In this document: positions 8,139 through 17,803 of the stretch, piece by piece
Numbering within the stretch: the first letter of the stretch is position 1
How the letters are laid out: every line of letters starts with the position of its first letter
Assembly (NCBI GenBank): GCA_967797495.1
Contig: CBRGMI010000001.1
Span: forward strand, 1 to 35,830
From: an uncultured bacterium
Lineage (GTDB): Bacteria > Actinomycetota > UBA4738 > HRBIN12
Reading direction: 5' to 3'
Length of the DNA stretch: 35,830 nucleotides
Program-made: the position numbers and the translations under genes
The notes under the pieces: generated by a model
Told to the model about the DNA's origin: nothing
Database searches by the model: none
Seen by the model: the letters and a program-made list of their open reading frames with translations, nothing else

Positions 8139-9127
8139 GCGAGAAGGTGCTCCGCTGGGGGATCGTGTCGACCGCGAACATCGGCGTCCGCAAGGTGATC
8201 CCCGCGACCCAGAAGGCAAAGCGATGCGAGGTCGTCGCGATCGCGTCGCGGGACGGCGAGCGAGCCGCGCGGGTCGCCGGCGACCTCGGGATCCCCCGAG
8301 CCCACGGGGCCTACGAGGCGTTGCTCGCCGATCCCGAGGTGGACGCCGTCTACATCCCGCTCCCGAACAACGACCACGCAGCGTGGACGATCGCCGCGGC
8401 CCGGGCCGGCAAGCACGTCCTCTGTGAGAAGCCGCTCGCGATGACCGCGGCCGAGGCCGGGCGGATGGTGGAGGCGTGCGCCTCCGAGGGCATCGTGCTG
8501 ATGGAGGCCTTCATGTACCGGCTGCATCCGTCGTGGGAGGCCGTCCGCGACCTCGTCGCCTCGGGCCGGATCGGGAGGCTGCGCGCCGTCCAGAGCTGGT
8601 TCTCCTACTACAACGACGACCCTCGCAACATCCGCAACCTGCCCGAACTCGGCGGCGGCGCGCTCTACGACATCGGCTGCTACTGCATCAACCTGTCCCG
8701 GATGCTGTTCGGAGGCGAGCCGACAAGGGTCGAGGCGTCGTTGACACGCGACGAGACAGGTACCGACGTGCTGACCTCGGCGCTCCTGGCGTTCGGCGAG
8801 GACGTCGCCACCTTCGCGTGCTCCACTCGCTCCGAACCCGACCAGCGCGTGCACATCTACGGCACCGAGGGCCGGATCTCGATCGGCATCCCGTTCAATA
8901 TCCCGCCGGATCGCCCGGCAGAGATCACCGTGACGTCGGGCGGCGACCCGCCGGCCAACCCCCACTCCGAGACGCTCACGTTCCCGGCGGCGGACATGTA
9001 CACGATCCAGGCGGAGCGGTTCGCGAACGCGGCGCTCGACGGTGAACCGCCGCCGATCCCCCCCGACGACGCGATCGGGAACTTGCGCGTGATCGAGGCC
9101 GTCTTCCGAGCGGGACAGCGCGCCTAG
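8135..9127 (+). CDS. Gfo/Idh/MocA family oxidoreductase
   Basis: LRWGIVSTANIG Rossmann N terminus and the EKP motif (VLCEKPLA). ATG at 8135 overlaps the SDR stop (ATGA). A GTG at 8129 is an alternative start. Confidence 0.85.
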   Translation: MSEKVLRWGIVSTANIGVRKVIPATQKAKRCEVVAIASRDGERAARVAGDLGIPRAHGAYEALLADPEVDAVYIPLPNNDHAAWTIAAARAGKHVLCEKPLAMTAAEAGRMVEACASEGIVLMEAFMYRLHPSWEAVRDLVASGRIGRLRAVQSWFSYYNDDPRNIRNLPELGGGALYDIGCYCINLSRMLFGGEPTRVEASLTRDETGTDVLTSALLAFGEDVATFACSTRSEPDQRVHIYGTEGRISIGIPFNIPPDRPAEITVTSGGDPPANPHSETLTFPAADMYTIQAERFANAALDGEPPPIPPDDAIGNLRVIEAVFRAGQRA

Positions 9128-9143
9128 TCGCCGGAGCCGAGCC

Positions 9144-10622
9144 TCACGCGAGCGAGTGGAACGTGGGCGCGAGCGCCGGGTAGAGCGCCCGGTAGCGCGC
9201 ATAGGCATCGTCGTAGGCCGACACGTCGCCCGACGGATCGACAACCTCGCCGAGCCGCACGAGCGCGCGGCAGGCATCCTCGACGTTTGCGAACCATCCG
9301 AGACCGACGGCGGCCAGCATCGCCGCGCCCTGCGCCGCTCCCTCGGATGTCGTGGTGGTCGCGACGGGTGCCTGGAGCACGTCCGAGAGGATCCGGCGCC
9401 AGACAGGAGCCCTGCTCCCGCCTCCGGTCGCGCGGATCGGCCCCGACACCGGGGCTCCGAGCGCCTTCGTCAGCTCGAGCGAATCGCGCAGCCCGAACGC
9501 GACGCCTTCGAGGACGGCTCGCGTGAGGTGCGCGCGGCCATGGTGGAGTGTGAGGCCGACGAACGCACCGCGCGCCGCTGGATCGGGATGGGGCGTCCGC
9601 TCCCCGCTGAGGTATGGGAGGAACAGCAGGCCGTCGCTGCCGGCCGGCACTGCGCCCGCCTCCTCGACGAGCTCGGGAAAGCCGACGCCCGGCGCCAGCG
9701 CGTCGCGGAACCACCGGAGGCTCCCGGCCGCCGAGAGCATGACACCCATCACGTGCCACCGATCCGGCACGCAATGGCAGAACGCGTGCAGGCGCGCCTC
9801 GGGCTCGACGACCGGTCGGTCCGTCGAGGTGAACACGACCCCCGAGGTCCCGAGCGAGAGCGAGACCACGCCCGGTTCGACGGCCCCCACGCCGACCGCG
9901 GCCGCGGATTGATCGCCGCCGCCCGCGACCACCGGGATGCCCGCGCGAAGGCCGGTCGCCTCGGCGGCCTCCCCCGTGACCGAGCCGGTCACGTCAGTGC
10001 CCTCGAACGTCCGCGGGAGCCAGGAGGGGTCGATCCCGAGGGCGGCCACGACCTCGTCCGACCAGTCACGCCGAGCGAGGTCGAACAGGAGCGTCCCGGC
10101 GCCGTCCGCCCGGTCCACCGCGTGATCCCCGGTGAGCCGGAGCCGAATGAGGTCCTTCGGCAACAGGACGTGTGCGATCTCGGACCAGACCTGAGGCTCA
10201 TGACGGCGCACCCAGAGCAGCTTGGGCGCCGTGAACCCCGGGAGGGCGTCGTTCCCCGTGATCGAGATCAGGCGCTCGCGACCGATCACGTCGCGGATCT
10301 CGTCGCATTCGGCCCCGGTCCGTTGGTCGTTCCACAGGATCGCGGGACGCAGGATCCGGTCACGGGCGTCAAGCGTCACCAGCCCGTGCATCTGACCCGT
10401 GAGCCCGACCGCCTCCACCTCGTCGCCGCCGGCCTCGCCGATCGCCGTCCGGATCGCGCCCACGGCGGAGGACCACCAGACGTTCGGGTCCTGTTCGCTC
10501 CAGCGCGGGTGCGGCGCCTCGAACGGGTACTCGACGGCCGCCGACGATCGAACGGCGCCCGAGCGACCCAGGATCACCGCTTTCGTGGCCGTGGTCGAGA
10601 CGTCCAACCCCAGGACGCTCAC
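9144..10622 (-). CDS. xylB: xylulokinase (FGGY family)
   Basis: LGLDVSTTATKAV, GLTGQMHGLV, ILWNDQR and GGGDQSAAAVG are FGGY/XylB signatures. The gene lies directly downstream of xylA. Confidence 0.9.
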   Translation of the reverse strand: MSVLGLDVSTTATKAVILGRSGAVRSSAAVEYPFEAPHPRWSEQDPNVWWSSAVGAIRTAIGEAGGDEVEAVGLTGQMHGLVTLDARDRILRPAILWNDQRTGAECDEIRDVIGRERLISITGNDALPGFTAPKLLWVRRHEPQVWSEIAHVLLPKDLIRLRLTGDHAVDRADGAGTLLFDLARRDWSDEVVAALGIDPSWLPRTFEGTDVTGSVTGEAAEATGLRAGIPVVAGGGDQSAAAVGVGAVEPGVVSLSLGTSGVVFTSTDRPVVEPEARLHAFCHCVPDRWHVMGVMLSAAGSLRWFRDALAPGVGFPELVEEAGAVPAGSDGLLFLPYLSGERTPHPDPAARGAFVGLTLHHGRAHLTRAVLEGVAFGLRDSLELTKALGAPVSGPIRATGGGSRAPVWRRILSDVLQAPVATTTTSEGAAQGAAMLAAVGLGWFANVEDACRALVRLGEVVDPSGDVSAYDDAYARYRALYPALAPTFHSLA

Positions 10623-10665
10623 GCCCGGCGACTTCCAGACGGCCGAACTCGGGATGCCTCGGGCG

Positions 10666-11829
10666 TCACCGAGCCCCGAGCAGGAGGTCGATCGTGAGTT
10701 GATCCAGCCGCTCGTACGGCTGGCCGCGCGCGGCCAACGCGCGCCGATCGAGCTCGAGCCGGCCGAGGGCCTCCGCTCGTTCCTGCGAGTACGGGCCGAG
10801 GTAGGGGGTCATCGACCCGTCGTCCTCGCCGATCTGCGCGACGAGCGCCTGGATCTCGGGGTCGGCGTTCCAACGCTCGGCCTTCTCCTTCAGGATCAGG
10901 TAGGTCCGCATGCATCCGCGCGCGAACGCCTTCACGTCCTCATAGTCCGACGTCCGATAGGCATGGGCGTCGAAGTGGCGGCTCCCGGCGTACCCCACGT
11001 CCTCGAGGAACTTCACGAGGAAGAACGCGGCCTTGGGGTTCGCGGAGCCGAACCGCAGGTCCTGGTCGTATCGCCCCGGTATCTGGTCGTTCAGGTCGAT
11101 GTGGAACAGTTTGCCCATCGACCATGCTTGCGCGACGTGGTGCGTGGAGTTGAGCCCCGCCATGTGCTCGTGCGCGACCTCCGGGTTCACCCCCACCATG
11201 TCCGAGTGCTCGAGCGTGGTGATGAACGCGAGCATCGCACCCGTGGTCGCCAGGTAGATGTCGCCCCGCGGCTCGTTCGGCTTGGACTCGAGCGCGAACC
11301 GCAAGTCGTACCCCTGCTCCTTGACGTAGCCGCACAGGAAGTTCAGCGCGTCCGCGTACCGGTCCAGGGCCAACAGGGGATCCTTCGACGAGTCGGTCTC
11401 CACACCCTCTCGACCCCCCCAGAACACGTACGTCGTTGCCCCAAGCTCCACCCCGAGGTCGATCGCGCGCATCGTCTTCTGGATCGCGAGCGCGCGGACC
11501 CGTGGATCGTTCGCCGTGAAGGCGCCGTCGCGGAAGACGGGATCGCGGAAAAGGTTCGTGGTCGCCATCGGCACAACCAGGCCGGTCGCGTCGAGCGCCT
11601 TGCGGAAATCGGAGACGATCTGCTCACGCTCGTGCGGGCTCGCGTCGATCGGGACGAGGTCGTTGTCGTGCAGGTTCACGCCCCACGCGCCGACCTCAGC
11701 CAGCAGCTCCACGAGCTGCACGGGCCACAGAGCCTCGCGCACAGGGTCCCCGAAGGGATCGATCCCGATGTTCCCCACGGTCCACAGGCCGAAGGAGAAC
11801 CGATGCTCCGGCCGGGGTTCGTACGTCAT
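10666..11829 (-). CDS. xylA: xylose isomerase (class I, actinobacterial type)
   Basis: 387 aa with [15 protein letters not shown]-like [27 protein letters not shown] and HIDLNDQ motifs. GGAGGTGG lies upstream of the ATG. Confidence 0.95.
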   Translation of the reverse strand: MTYEPRPEHRFSFGLWTVGNIGIDPFGDPVREALWPVQLVELLAEVGAWGVNLHDNDLVPIDASPHEREQIVSDFRKALDATGLVVPMATTNLFRDPVFRDGAFTANDPRVRALAIQKTMRAIDLGVELGATTYVFWGGREGVETDSSKDPLLALDRYADALNFLCGYVKEQGYDLRFALESKPNEPRGDIYLATTGAMLAFITTLEHSDMVGVNPEVAHEHMAGLNSTHHVAQAWSMGKLFHIDLNDQIPGRYDQDLRFGSANPKAAFFLVKFLEDVGYAGSRHFDAHAYRTSDYEDVKAFARGCMRTYLILKEKAERWNADPEIQALVAQIGEDDGSMTPYLGPYSQERAEALGRLELDRRALAARGQPYERLDQLTIDLLLGAR

Positions 11830-11853
11830 CGTGCCACCACCTCCAGACCGCTC

Positions 11854-13149
11854 TTACACGGCCCCTCGAGCGGCCCGCCGGCGCTTCGCGAGCGCGTCGA
11901 GCAGCACCGCGCCGAGCAGGACCAGGCCGGTGATCACGAACTTGGTGCCTGAGGAGAGCCCGAGCAGCCCCAGGCCGTTGTCGATCGACGCGATGACGAG
12001 CGCGCCGAGCAGCGCCGCGACGACCCGCCCGATCCCGCCGAACAGGCTCGCGCCGCCGATCACGGCCGCCGCGATCACGTTGAGGAGCAGTTCGCCCCCG
12101 CCCGAGCCCGTCGCCACCGAACGGAGCCTGGAGGCCAGGATGATCCCGCCCACGCCGGCCATGAACCCGCCGATCATGAACACCGCGATCCGGACACGGT
12201 CGACGCTGATCCCGGCCCTGCGAGCGGCCTCGGCGCTGCCGCCGACCGCGTAGACATGGCGTCCGAAACGCGTGCGCGCCGCCACGAACGACCAGAACAC
12301 GAGGAACACCAGGAGGATCACGGTGACCTTCGGGACGCCTCGGTCCTGGTTCGCGTACCCGATCGCCGCGAACGTCACCACGGCCAGGCCGACGGTCTGG
12401 GCGGCGATCACCACCCCGGGCTTCGCGTACAGACCTCCTCGGCGACGAGAGCGAGCGGTCTGGATCTGGGAGATCGCGTACCCCACCACCACGAGGACAC
12501 CGACCGCCCACCCCCAGAACGTGGACAGGAAGTCGTTCGCGATCCCGATGACCGTGTCGTTCTGGATGCGGATCGTCCCGGACGTCGAGTACTGGGTCGT
12601 CATGATGAGGACGACGCCCGACCAGATCAGCAGGCCGGCCAGCGTCACCACGAAGGAGGGCACACCGAACTTCGTGATCACGATCGCGTGCAGGAACCCG
12701 ATGATCGTCGTGACGGCGAGCGCGACGCCGATCGCCGCCCATGCCGGCCAGTTCGAGGCCTCGGGCCGAAGCAGGAGGGTCATAAGGACACCCCCGACGG
12801 CGCTCACGAAGGCGACCGACAGGTCGATCTCCCCGATCAGGAGCACGAACACGATCCCGATCGCGATCGTCGCCACCGCCGCCATCTGCAGGAGCAGGTT
12901 CGTGAAGTTGCGAGGCGTGAAGAAGGTGTCGTCGAGCATCCCGAACACCACGGCGATCACGACCAGGCCGATCACGATGGGGATCGACCCGAGCTCGCCG
13001 CCCCGGATGGCTTCCCATCTCCGGCTCAGGTAGGCGGCGACGGACTCCTGGGCAGTCGACGGTCCTGTGCCGAGGGCGGGCAGCTCGGTGGCCGACACGC
13101 CCGTCCCGACCTCGACCTCCGGCGTGGTGTCGCGCGGTTCGGTCGTCAT
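11854..13149 (-). CDS. xylH: xylose/sugar ABC transporter permease
   Basis: ATG at 13149 (MTTEPRD...) overlaps the xylG stop (ATGA). The protein has multiple TM segments. The upstream part of the 682-aa track ORF is an off-frame read-through of xylG. Confidence 0.85.
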   Translation of the reverse strand: MTTEPRDTTPEVEVGTGVSATELPALGTGPSTAQESVAAYLSRRWEAIRGGELGSIPIVIGLVVIAVVFGMLDDTFFTPRNFTNLLLQMAAVATIAIGIVFVLLIGEIDLSVAFVSAVGGVLMTLLLRPEASNWPAWAAIGVALAVTTIIGFLHAIVITKFGVPSFVVTLAGLLIWSGVVLIMTTQYSTSGTIRIQNDTVIGIANDFLSTFWGWAVGVLVVVGYAISQIQTARSRRRGGLYAKPGVVIAAQTVGLAVVTFAAIGYANQDRGVPKVTVILLVFLVFWSFVAARTRFGRHVYAVGGSAEAARRAGISVDRVRIAVFMIGGFMAGVGGIILASRLRSVATGSGGGELLLNVIAAAVIGGASLFGGIGRVVAALLGALVIASIDNGLGLLGLSSGTKFVITGLVLLGAVLLDALAKRRRAARGAV

Positions 13150-13925
13150 GCTTCCACCGGGGCGTCGGCCATCCCCGGTACGTGCGTCAGCTTCCCTGCC
13201 GTGATGGCGTGCACGACCTCCTCCTGGTTCGTCTGCGCCAGCTCGAAGAGCGCGACCCGCTGACCGAGTCTCAGCACCGTGATCCGGTTCGCGCACTCGA
13301 AGATGTCGTGCAGGTTGTGGGAGACGATGACCACGCCGAGGCCGCGCTCCGCCAGCCGGCGAACGAGATCCAGCACCTGGCGCGTCTGCGCGACCCCCAG
13401 GGCGGCGGTGGGCTCGTCGAGGATCACGAGCTTCGAGTTCCACATCACCGACTTGGCGACGGCCACCGCCTGTCGCTGACCCCCGGACAGGCCGGCCACG
13501 ATCTGGCGGACCGAGCGGAGCGAGGTGACGGAGAGGCTGTCGAGGGTCTCGCGCGAGGACTGCTCCATGCTCGGCTCGTCGAGCACGACCCCGGCACGGG
13601 TCCGTTCCCGGCCGAGGAACATGTTGGCCACCACGTCGAGGTTGTCCGCGAGCGCGAGATCCTGGTAGACGACCTCGATGCCGAGCTTGGCCGCATCGCG
13701 GGGACCGTGGATGGCGATGGGGCGCCCCTCGAACCGCACCTCGCCCTCGTCGAACGGGTGGATCCCGACCACGCTCTTGATGAGCGTCGACTTTCCGGCG
13801 CCGTTGTCGCCGACGAGCGCCATCACCTCCCCGCGCCTGACCTCGAAGTCGACGCGGTAGAGCGCGCGGACCGCCCCGAACGACTTCGAGACGCCGACGC
13901 ACTCGAGCAGCGGTGTGTCAGCCAC
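13146..13925 (-). CDS. xylG: sugar ABC transporter ATP-binding protein (single nucleotide-binding domain)
   Basis: Walker A GDNGAGKST, signature LSGGQRQ, Walker B LVILDEPT. GTG start is preceded by GAGGAGG. Confidence 0.85.
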   Translation of the reverse strand: MADTPLLECVGVSKSFGAVRALYRVDFEVRRGEVMALVGDNGAGKSTLIKSVVGIHPFDEGEVRFEGRPIAIHGPRDAAKLGIEVVYQDLALADNLDVVANMFLGRERTRAGVVLDEPSMEQSSRETLDSLSVTSLRSVRQIVAGLSGGQRQAVAVAKSVMWNSKLVILDEPTAALGVAQTRQVLDLVRRLAERGLGVVIVSHNLHDIFECANRITVLRLGQRVALFELAQTNQEEVVHAITAGKLTHVPGMADAPVEA

Positions 13926-13963
13926 AGGCCCTCCTCGTCATTCTCCGCAACGACCGGACCTTA

Positions 13964-13989
13964 CGGGAGCGCCGTTTCCGGCGCTCCCG
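13964..13989 (-). promoter_or_regulatory. intra-operon stem-loop between xylF and xylG
   Basis: Perfect inverted repeat CGGGAGCGCCG-tttc-CGGCGCTCCCG: an 11-bp GC-rich stem with a 4-nt loop, in the 87-nt xylF-xylG spacer. Confidence 0.5.
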
Positions 13990-14012
13990 CCTGGCTCGTC
14001 TTCCGTCTCCCG

Positions 14013-15221
14013 CTAGGCCGCGTTCTCCTGGCAGAAGTCGGTCTTCGCGACGTCCCCGGTGCAGATCTCCTCGATCGTCCGGAACCCGTCGGCGATCACC
14101 GTGTCCGCGATGTTGTCGATCGTCACGCCGATCGGGACCAGGGCCACGTAGGGAACGACCCCGTCCCCCGTGGGCGAGTCGGCCGGCGTGCCGTCCGCGG
14201 CGTTGATGCCGATGATCGAGACACCCGAACCCCCAGACGCGAGCGCCGACTGGTAGCTGGTCGCGGCGTCCTCGTAGCTGCCGCCGTCGCGAAGCGCGAG
14301 CGCGATCGCGGCCGTGACCCCTGCCTCGTCCTGAATCGGCTTGTAGACGCTCACCGTCTGGTTGCCGAGGGCGACGTTCTGGATCCCCTCGGCCGTCGCG
14401 TCCTGGCCGCTCACCGGGATCGGACCGAACCCCGCAGCTTCGACGGCGTTGATGGTCGATTGGGCGAGACCGTCGTTGGCGGCGAACACCGCGTCGACCT
14501 TGTTGTTCGCCGAGACCAGGATCTGCTCCATGATCGTCTGCGCCTCGGCATTGTCCCACCCGGGCACGAACTGATCGTCGACCAGCGCCCAGTCGCCGGC
14601 GTCGACGCGCGCCTCGACGGTCTCGGCGTAGCCGTCGCGGAACAGGAACGAGTTGTTGTCCTCCTCGCCGCCGTTCAGCATCACGACCTGCGGCTCGGGG
14701 AGCCCGAGGGCGTCGATCGCCGGCTCCATCGCGGTGGCCATCGCCTTGCCCACGGCGACGTTGTCGAAGCTCACGTACGCCACGCCGCCGGAGCCGCCCG
14801 TGTTGAACCGGTCGTACTCGATGACCTGGACGCCGGCCTCCTTGGCCTGGTCGATGATCGTGGCACCCGAGCCCGTGTCCAGGCTCGTCAGTACGATCAC
14901 GCTGGCGCCGTCGGCGATCGCCTGCTCCGCTTGCGACTGCTGCGTCGCGGAATCGCCCTCGGCGTTGACGATGTTGAAGTCCTCACCGTTGACCAGACCC
15001 GCGTCCTCGAACGATTGCGTGAAGAGCGGGAGGTCGTCGCCCTCCCATCGGTCGGACGAGGCGGTGTCGGGCAGCAACACCCAGATCGGGCCGCCGGAGG
15101 TCGCCGAGCCGGTCGTCCCTCCGGTGGTACCCGTCTCGCCTCCGTTGTCGTCGCTACACGCGGCGGCGACGAGCCCGAGCACGGCGACCACCACCAAGAT
15201 CGAACGAATGGTGCGATGCAT
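14013..15221 (-). CDS. xylF: xylose/sugar ABC transporter substrate-binding lipoprotein
   Basis: ATG at 15221 is preceded by GGGAGAAGGGGGAG. MHRTIRSILVVVAVLGLVAAAC is a signal peptide with a lipobox, followed by a Gly/Thr linker and a periplasmic-binding-protein type I fold sequence. Only the C-terminal 402 aa of the 706-aa track ORF are used. Confidence 0.8.
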   Translation of the reverse strand: MHRTIRSILVVVAVLGLVAAACSDDNGGETGTTGGTTGSATSGGPIWVLLPDTASSDRWEGDDLPLFTQSFEDAGLVNGEDFNIVNAEGDSATQQSQAEQAIADGASVIVLTSLDTGSGATIIDQAKEAGVQVIEYDRFNTGGSGGVAYVSFDNVAVGKAMATAMEPAIDALGLPEPQVVMLNGGEEDNNSFLFRDGYAETVEARVDAGDWALVDDQFVPGWDNAEAQTIMEQILVSANNKVDAVFAANDGLAQSTINAVEAAGFGPIPVSGQDATAEGIQNVALGNQTVSVYKPIQDEAGVTAAIALALRDGGSYEDAATSYQSALASGGSGVSIIGINAADGTPADSPTGDGVVPYVALVPIGVTIDNIADTVIADGFRTIEEICTGDVAKTDFCQENAA

Positions 15222-15383
15222 AGCTCCCCCTTCTCCCGAGCGAGGCAGAAACCGTCGGCGGACCCGTCCCCGCGACATCTGAAATCGGTGCCCGAGCCTA
15301 TGCCGGGGTGGTCGGAGGCGCAAGTCACACCACTCCGCGCTCAGGGAGTGCACCGGTGTCGACCGCCTGCGAAGCTCCTCCGC

Positions 15384-16338
15384 ATGAAGGCCGTGCGGAT
15401 CGACGGCCCCCGTCGCGTCGGGACGGTCGAGCTCGCGACGCCCGAACCGGGGCCGGGCGAGGTGTCGATCCGCGTGGATGCGGCGGCGATCTGCGGGACA
15501 GACCGACGGCTCGCGAGGATGGGGACGCCGGTACCGAGGATCCCTGGGCACGAGGTCGCCGGCGTTCTCCTGGACGGGACGGAGGTCGGCGTGCAGCCGA
15601 ACGTGGGCTGCGGTCGGTGCACGTCGTGCGCGCTCGGACTGGAGAACCGTTGCCCCGACCACGTGGACATCGGGATCCAGCGTGACGGCGGTCTCGCCGA
15701 GTGGATCGTCGTGCCCGAGCGCCACGCGGTGCCGCTCGACGGCTTCCCGTTCGACCTCGCGCCCTCGATCGAACCGCTCGCCTGCTGCCTCCACGCCGTG
15801 GCGATGCTCGGCGTGACGAGCGACGAGGTCGCCGTCGTCGTGGGCGCCGGCACGCTCGGGATCATCGGGATGTGGGCGCTCCAGGCGATGGGCGCGCGGG
15901 TGGTCGTCGTCCAACGATCCGAGGCTCGGCGCCGACTCGCGGCCGAGCTCGGCGCGGACGCGGCGCTCGGGCCCGGGGACGACGTCGCAGCGGCGCTCGG
16001 ATCGCCTCCGGTGGCGGCGCTCGTGACCGCCCCCGGGCGTCGAGGCCCTGTCGTGGGCCGTCGAACACGTCGACGTCGGGGGTCGGGTCCATGCGTTCGC
16101 CGGCTCCCGCGACGGCGCCCCCATCGACGCCAACCTCGTGCACTACCGACACCTCCGGCTGGTGGGGAGCACGGGCTCGACCGTCGACGACTACCGACGC
16201 GCGCGCGACCTGGCCAGTTCAGGATCGGTCCCGCTCGAACGACTGCCGTCGCGAACGGTCTCGCTCGACGAGGTCCCGGAGATCCTGCTGGACCCCCGCC
16301 CCGACCCTCGGACGCTGAGGATCGTGGTGAGACCGTAG
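15384..16338 (+). pseudogene. Zn-dependent medium-chain alcohol/polyol dehydrogenase, interrupted by a 1-nt frameshift near 16029-16038
   Basis: The N-terminal frame reads MKAVRIDG...ICGTDRR...PGHEVAG...GCGRCTSCALGLENRC...VVGAGTLG. After ...ALVTAPG it turns into Arg-rich nonsense. The +1 frame continues sensibly with VEALSWAVEHVDVGGRVHAFAGSRDGAPIDANLVHYRHLRLVGSTGS...RIVVRP* and ends at 16338. Confidence 0.7.
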
Positions 16339-16376
16339 GCTGACGCGGACCATGGCTCGTCGGACGCGGTTGCCGA

Positions 16377-17447
16377 GTGGCTGATCGTCCGGGGGATCCG
16401 ATCAGGATCGCGCTGATCGGGTACGGCCTCGCGGGCGCGGTCTTCCACGGGCCCCTCATGTCGTCCACCCCCGGCATGTCGCTCGACACGATCGTGACCC
16501 GGGATCCCGGGCGGCGGGCCCGCGCGAGCTCGGACCATCCGGACGCCGTGCTGCTCGACGACGTCGAGGCGTTGTGGGAGCGAGCGGCCGACCACGACCT
16601 CGTCGTCGTGGCGACGCCGAACCGCTCCCACGTGCCCCTCGGGCTGGCCGCGCTCGAGGCCGGACTCCCGGTCGTGATCGACAAGCCCATGGCGCCGACT
16701 GCCGAGGACGGCCGTCGGTTGGTGGCCGAGGCCGCCGAGCGCGATCTGCTCCTCACGGTCTTCCAGAACCGCCGATGGGACGGGGACTTCCTCACGGTGC
16801 GCCGGCTGCTCTCGGAGGATGCGCTCGGCCCGGTCGTCCGCTTCGAGTCACGGTTCGAGCGGTGGCGTCCGCAGGTCCGCGAGGGGGTCTGGCGTGAACG
16901 AGGGGACCCGCAGGAGGCCGGCGGCCTCCTGTTCGATCTGGGGAGCCACCTGATCGATCAGGCGGTCGTGGCGTTCGGCCCGCCACGAACCGTCTACGCG
17001 GAGGTCGACCGCCGGCGACCGTCTGCCGAGGTCGACGACGACGTCTTCGTCGCGCTCGAGCACGGGTCGGGTGTGCGGAGCCACCTGTGGATGAGCGTCC
17101 TCGCCGCGATCCGCGGGCCGCGGATGCGGCTGCTCGGGTTGCGCGCGGCCTTCGAGAAGTTCGGGCTGGACGTGCAGGAGCAAGCGCTGAGCGAAGGGGC
17201 GCTGCCCGACGATCCCGCGTGGGGGCGCGAACCGCCGGAGCGGTGGGGCCGCGTCTCAACCGGCGAGGTCGAACGCACCATCGAGACCGAGCCCGGGGCC
17301 TACCCCGAGTTCTACAAGGGTGTGGAGGCGTCGCTCCGAGCGGGCACACCGCCCCCCGTGGATCCGGACGACTCGGTCGCGGTGCTTGAGATCATCGAGG
17401 CCGCGCTCGAGAGCTCCCGGACCGCGCGGGTGATCACCGTCGGATAG
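16377..17447 (+). CDS. Gfo/Idh/MocA family oxidoreductase
   Basis: IRIALIGYGLAG Rossmann N terminus, VVIDKPMA (EKP-like motif) and FQNRRWDGDF, typical of the YdgJ/YhhX-like subgroup. Confidence 0.85.
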   Translation: MADRPGDPIRIALIGYGLAGAVFHGPLMSSTPGMSLDTIVTRDPGRRARASSDHPDAVLLDDVEALWERAADHDLVVVATPNRSHVPLGLAALEAGLPVVIDKPMAPTAEDGRRLVAEAAERDLLLTVFQNRRWDGDFLTVRRLLSEDALGPVVRFESRFERWRPQVREGVWRERGDPQEAGGLLFDLGSHLIDQAVVAFGPPRTVYAEVDRRRPSAEVDDDVFVALEHGSGVRSHLWMSVLAAIRGPRMRLLGLRAAFEKFGLDVQEQALSEGALPDDPAWGREPPERWGRVSTGEVERTIETEPGAYPEFYKGVEASLRAGTPPPVDPDDSVAVLEIIEAALESSRTARVITVG

Positions 17448-17459
17448 ACGGTCGGTCCC

Positions 17460-17798
17460 TCAACGGGGCCCGGCGGCATGGTCGATGCAGCGGACCGCCC
17501 ACGGGATCGCCTCCAGCCGAGCACGCCCGATCGGAGAGCCGCAGACGTCGCAGCGACCATAGGAGTCGTCGTCCAGCTTCTCGAGCGCGCGCACGACGTC
17601 GTCGAGCTTCGCGTCGAGCCGCTTCGCCGCGTCGACCTGCGCGATGCGCTCCACCGCCTGCGACGTGCCCTCGCCGACGCGCTTGCCGAACGACACGGCG
17701 CCCATCGGATCGCGGGGCGCGGCGGTGAGCGTCGCGAGCTCGGCCCGGAGCTCGTCGCGGGTGCGTTCGAGCACCTCCCGAACCCGTGAGGGATCCAC
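17460..17798 (-). CDS. TraR/DksA-family zinc-finger protein
   Basis: The C-terminal sequence is CDVCGSPIGRARLEAIPWAVRCIDH (CxxC-x17-CxxH), preceded by a coiled-coil-like region. The GTG at 17798 lies 5 nt after the cphA stop. The rest of the 257-aa track ORF overlaps cphA. Confidence 0.7.
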   Translation of the reverse strand: MDPSRVREVLERTRDELRAELATLTAAPRDPMGAVSFGKRVGEGTSQAVERIAQVDAAKRLDAKLDDVVRALEKLDDDSYGRCDVCGSPIGRARLEAIPWAVRCIDHAAGPR

Positions 17799-17803
17799 GG
17801 CGG

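Noticed and set aside
13182-15383. The first ~730 codons of the 1053-aa plus-strand ORF
   Set aside because: This part lies antisense to xylG and xylF and gives a low-complexity translation. Only the part from ATG 15384 onward (MKAVRIDG...) looks like a real dehydrogenase.
15222-15383. Operator palindrome for a xylose repressor in the xylF / dehydrogenase divergent region
   Set aside because: Only an 8-nt self-complementary CACCGGTG (about 15351-15358) was seen. That is too short to call without comparative data.
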